Positions 37,585 to 39,666 of a stretch of 39,666 nt of DNA are shown here, piece by piece. The notes below the pieces were generated by a model that was not told where the DNA came from, did no database searches, and saw nothing but the letters and a program-made list of their open reading frames with translations. A program made the position numbers and the translations under genes. Location of the stretch: NCBI GenBank assembly GCA_046484245.1, contig JAWOBN010000014.1, positions 1 through 39,666 on the forward strand, read 5' to 3'. The stretch's first letter is position 1; every line of letters begins with the position of its first letter. This DNA is from a bacterium. GTDB lineage: Bacteria; Hydrothermota; 32-111.

Positions 37585-38452
37585 AATCATAGACCGTGCA
37601 AAAAGCAGCAAGAAGAAACTCTCAGTAGCCTGCGCTGATGACAGCAAGGTAATGAGGGCTTGTATCAATGCTCATAAGGAAAATATTGCTGAGCCGATTT
37701 TTGTCGGGAATAAGAGCAATATGCAGGCAATAGCCGAGAAGGAGAATCTTGATATTTCCGGTTTTGAAATAGTGAATGAAGAGAATAAGAAAAAGGCAGT
37801 TGAGAAAGCTGTGAAACTCGTTTCTGATAATGAAGCGCACTTTCTCATGAAGGGATTTGTTGACACATCAGTAATGCTCAAGGGTGTACTCAACAAAGAA
37901 TGGGGGCTCAGAACAGGCCGCCTGCTCTCACATGTTGCACTCTTTGAACTGGATAAATACCACAAACCGTTCATGATTACAGACGGCGGAATGAACATTA
38001 GGCCTGACCTCAAGTCAAAGATTGACATATTGAACAATGCAGCAGGATTCTTCCACAGAATCGGCATTGAAAGACCCAAGGCAGCAGTGCTCGGCGCAGT
38101 GGAGAAGGTCAATCCCGATATGCCCGAGACAATAGATGCATCTTATCTGTCAAAGATGGCGGACAGGGGTCAGATTGAGGGAATGGATATTGACGGTCCC
38201 CTGGCATTTGACCTGGCTGTCTCCAGTGAATCAGCACGCCACAAAGGTGTTGAAAGCACTGTTGCAGGTGACGCTGACATTCTCCTTGTACCTGATATTG
38301 CTTCAGGCAATATGCTGGCAAAATCCCTCATATATATGACTGACTGCAAGGTCGCAGGCATGATTGTAGGAGCGAAGTGCCCCATAGTGCTGCTCTCACG
38401 TTCTGACAGTGAAGAGACAAAGAAGATGTCCATAGCTGTTGCTGCAATGTAG
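37571..38452 (+). CDS. ptb: Phosphate butyryltransferase / PTA-PTB family acyltransferase
   Basis: LMKG..DTS, LRTGRLLSH, DGPLAFD.A, GN.L.K and LSRSDS motifs. GTG start. Confidence 0.88.
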   Translation: MKFNEIIDRAKSSKKKLSVACADDSKVMRACINAHKENIAEPIFVGNKSNMQAIAEKENLDISGFEIVNEENKKKAVEKAVKLVSDNEAHFLMKGFVDTSVMLKGVLNKEWGLRTGRLLSHVALFELDKYHKPFMITDGGMNIRPDLKSKIDILNNAAGFFHRIGIERPKAAVLGAVEKVNPDMPETIDASYLSKMADRGQIEGMDIDGPLAFDLAVSSESARHKGVESTVAGDADILLVPDIASGNMLAKSLIYMTDCKVAGMIVGAKCPIVLLSRSDSEETKKMSIAVAAM

Positions 38453-38504
38453 CAGTTCATCTCCAAAAGAGTTGGTAAACTGGAGTCAGTAGAAAATATT
38501 TTTA

Positions 38505-38651
38505 GGGGACGGTGGTTAACTATGTCAACTGGTTCATATATGCCCTGAATTACATTAACTTACGAATAGTTTAAATTATATATTTGTTGATCTGAATGCT
38601 GTAAACCATATTATTTAAAACAATGAGTTGACATAGTTAACCACCGTCCCC
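38505..38651. mobile_element. 147-bp element with perfect 26-bp terminal inverted repeats (MITE/REPIN-like)
   Basis: ggggacggtggttaactatgtcaact (38505-38530) and agttgacatagttaaccaccgtcccc (38626-38651) enclose a 95-bp AT-rich interior. Confidence 0.75.
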
Positions 38652-38740
38652 AACTTTTTTAGCCCAATTGGGTCCTTTTCCGGAAGAGTACACTTATTAG
38701 TCCTTTAATTCATTGTATTGTAAGTCATAAGAACTATGGG

Positions 38741-38882
38741 ATCTGCTTTACCTTCTTGATATGCAGGCCAAGATTATCATAATTTCTGAGTAAGATGCAT
38801 CTTAAATCTATTCTCAACAGGTGTCCCTTTACCCTCATTTTGTCAAAACTACCCTCCAAATCCCGGGGACAGTCCTTGAAAT
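38741..38882 (+). repeat. Repeat module A plus an isolated left arm of the 158-bp element
   Basis: Aligns with 222-362. The arm tccaaatcccggggacagtccttg starts at 38855. Confidence 0.85.
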
Positions 38883-39099
38883 ATTGGTTCTTCTCCAAAA
38901 GAGTTGACTGATTCATCCGGAAACACTTATTATTCATTAAATTAAGAGGTATTACAAATCGCAGGTACTATATGTACTCTCATAATTTTGCTTTAGCTTC
39001 TTAATTATACAGAACAGATCATGATTATGTATGACTAACCCGCATCTTAAATCTAATTTCAACATGTGTCCCTTCACCCCATATTTTGTAAAAACACCC

Positions 39100-39257
39100 T
39101 CCAAATCCCAGGGACGGTCCTTGCAATTTAAGCAATTTCTGGCCTGCTATTTATCAACTTACACACATGATCCATTTAAGTGAAGCTAATTATCCACTTA
39201 CAAAATTATATTTTTGTCAATTTGTGCAAATTGCAACCTCCGTCCCTGGGATTTGGA
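39100..39257. mobile_element. 158-bp non-autonomous inverted-repeat element, copy 2
   Basis: Arms 39100-39129 and 39228-39257 are complementary at 27/30, with the outer 18 bp perfect. 142/158 identical to 335-492. Confidence 0.8.
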
Positions 39258-39418
39258 CAAAATGTTATGTAATTGCATAAATAACAGGGGTTAGGGTGTG
39301 TTTACAGCCATTTTCTGATTTACTCTCTAATATTATTAATCTTCGTCACTGAGAATCCTTCTTCCATTTATCATAGGTCTCTTTTTAACAACTCTTTTGG
39401 AAATGAACCGATGTAGTG

Positions 39419-39666
39419 TTATATAAGTTCAGCAGGGGAGCGGTCTTTCATCCATGAGGGGAAATATTCATTGTTCTCATTATATCTGTTGAAACTCTCA
39501 CTGTCAATTATCAGTTTCATATGATAAACGGGCTTTGAATCAGTGGCGAACTGGCTCTTGAATTTATAGAGTGAATCTTTGCTTCTGATACCTCCTCCCA
39601 GGCCCAGATTAACAATATTTCCCTTCAGATTGTTTTTAATATAGGAGAGCATGATAAACACATTTG
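39419..39666 (-). CDS. 3' end of GNAT/FemAB-like acyltransferase (5'-truncated by window)
   Basis: The frame stays open to the window edge. LGGG....DSL..FK..F is typical of FemAB-like GNAT proteins. Confidence 0.7.
   Translation of the reverse strand, partial: NVFIMLSYIKNNLKGNIVNLGLGGGIRSKDSLYKFKSQFATDSKPVYHMKLIIDSESFNRYNENNEYFPSWMKDRSPAELI

Larger units (their letters stand above)
38455..39408. repeat. 954-bp repeat mosaic bounded by 20-bp inverted repeats
   Basis: gttcatctccaaaagagttg (38455-38474) matches the reverse complement of 39389-39408 at 19/20. A third copy is at 38887-38906. Confidence 0.75.

Noticed and set aside
1692..38466. Numerous antisense and alternate-frame ORFs (e.g. 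1692-2228, 12975-13472, 31236-31850)
   Set aside because: They are shadows of well-supported genes, with Ser/Ile-rich antisense composition and no motifs.
38734..38937. 67-aa minus-strand ORF as a possible transposase remnant
   Set aside because: No HUH, DDE or HTH motif is visible, and it spans repeat modules.
335..39257. Prophage or genomic island bounded by att direct repeats
   Set aside because: The enclosed genes are core housekeeping (dnaB, gmk, ruvABC), there is no integrase, and related repeat pieces also occur internally.
38453..39418. CRISPR array or integron cassette array
   Set aside because: The repeats are irregularly spaced, in mixed orientation and lack unique equal-length spacers. 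There are no cas or integrase genes and no cassette ORFs between repeats.
1..39666. Alternative genetic code or selenocysteine recoding
   Set aside because: Conserved genes are essentially full length under the standard code, and TGA, TAA and TAG all end genes at expected positions.

Overview
Mostly housekeeping DNA from a diderm bacterium (inferred from Mla genes, an outer-membrane barrel and lipoproteins; a WOR-3/TA06-like FCB-associated lineage is only a guess). Two tightly coupled + strand gene strings dominate. The first (714-9814) is a TPR lipoprotein, pyrK-pyrD-pyrF-pyrE, yebC-ruvCAB and queA-tgt. The second (15362-38452) is a hypothetical protein, a HAD hydrolase, fbp, a PorV/PorQ-like barrel, scpA, a short RecJ-like DHH protein, a yidD-like gene with two paralogous membrane proteins, a DJ-1-like protein, dtd, yicC, gmk, rpoZ, coaBC, udg, dnaB, mlaEFD, radA, recJ, pgeF, a Na/Pi cotransporter, hisC and ptb. 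Between them lie an Ldh_2-family dehydrogenase (-), a hybrid sensor kinase and an uncharacterised lipoprotein. Partial genes sit at both edges (endonuclease III-like; GNAT/FemAB-like). The most unusual signal is non-coding. Three of the four long intergenic gaps carry a modular family of inverted-repeat elements with a GGGAC...GTCCC core, and the fourth has a degenerate candidate. The family includes two 158-bp copies about 90% identical and 38.8 kb apart, a 147-bp element with perfect 26-bp arms, a 30-bp palindrome that looks like a collapsed element, and a 20-bp IR bracketing a 954-bp mosaic. No transposase or target duplication is visible. Also notable: 7-bp-period repeats found both intergenically and inside a ~167-aa acidic loop of the barrel gene, and five sigma70-like promoters that all have 16-bp spacers, three of them predicting leaderless mRNAs. 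No rRNA, tRNA or CRISPR array was recognised. All calls are by eye, without database searches.
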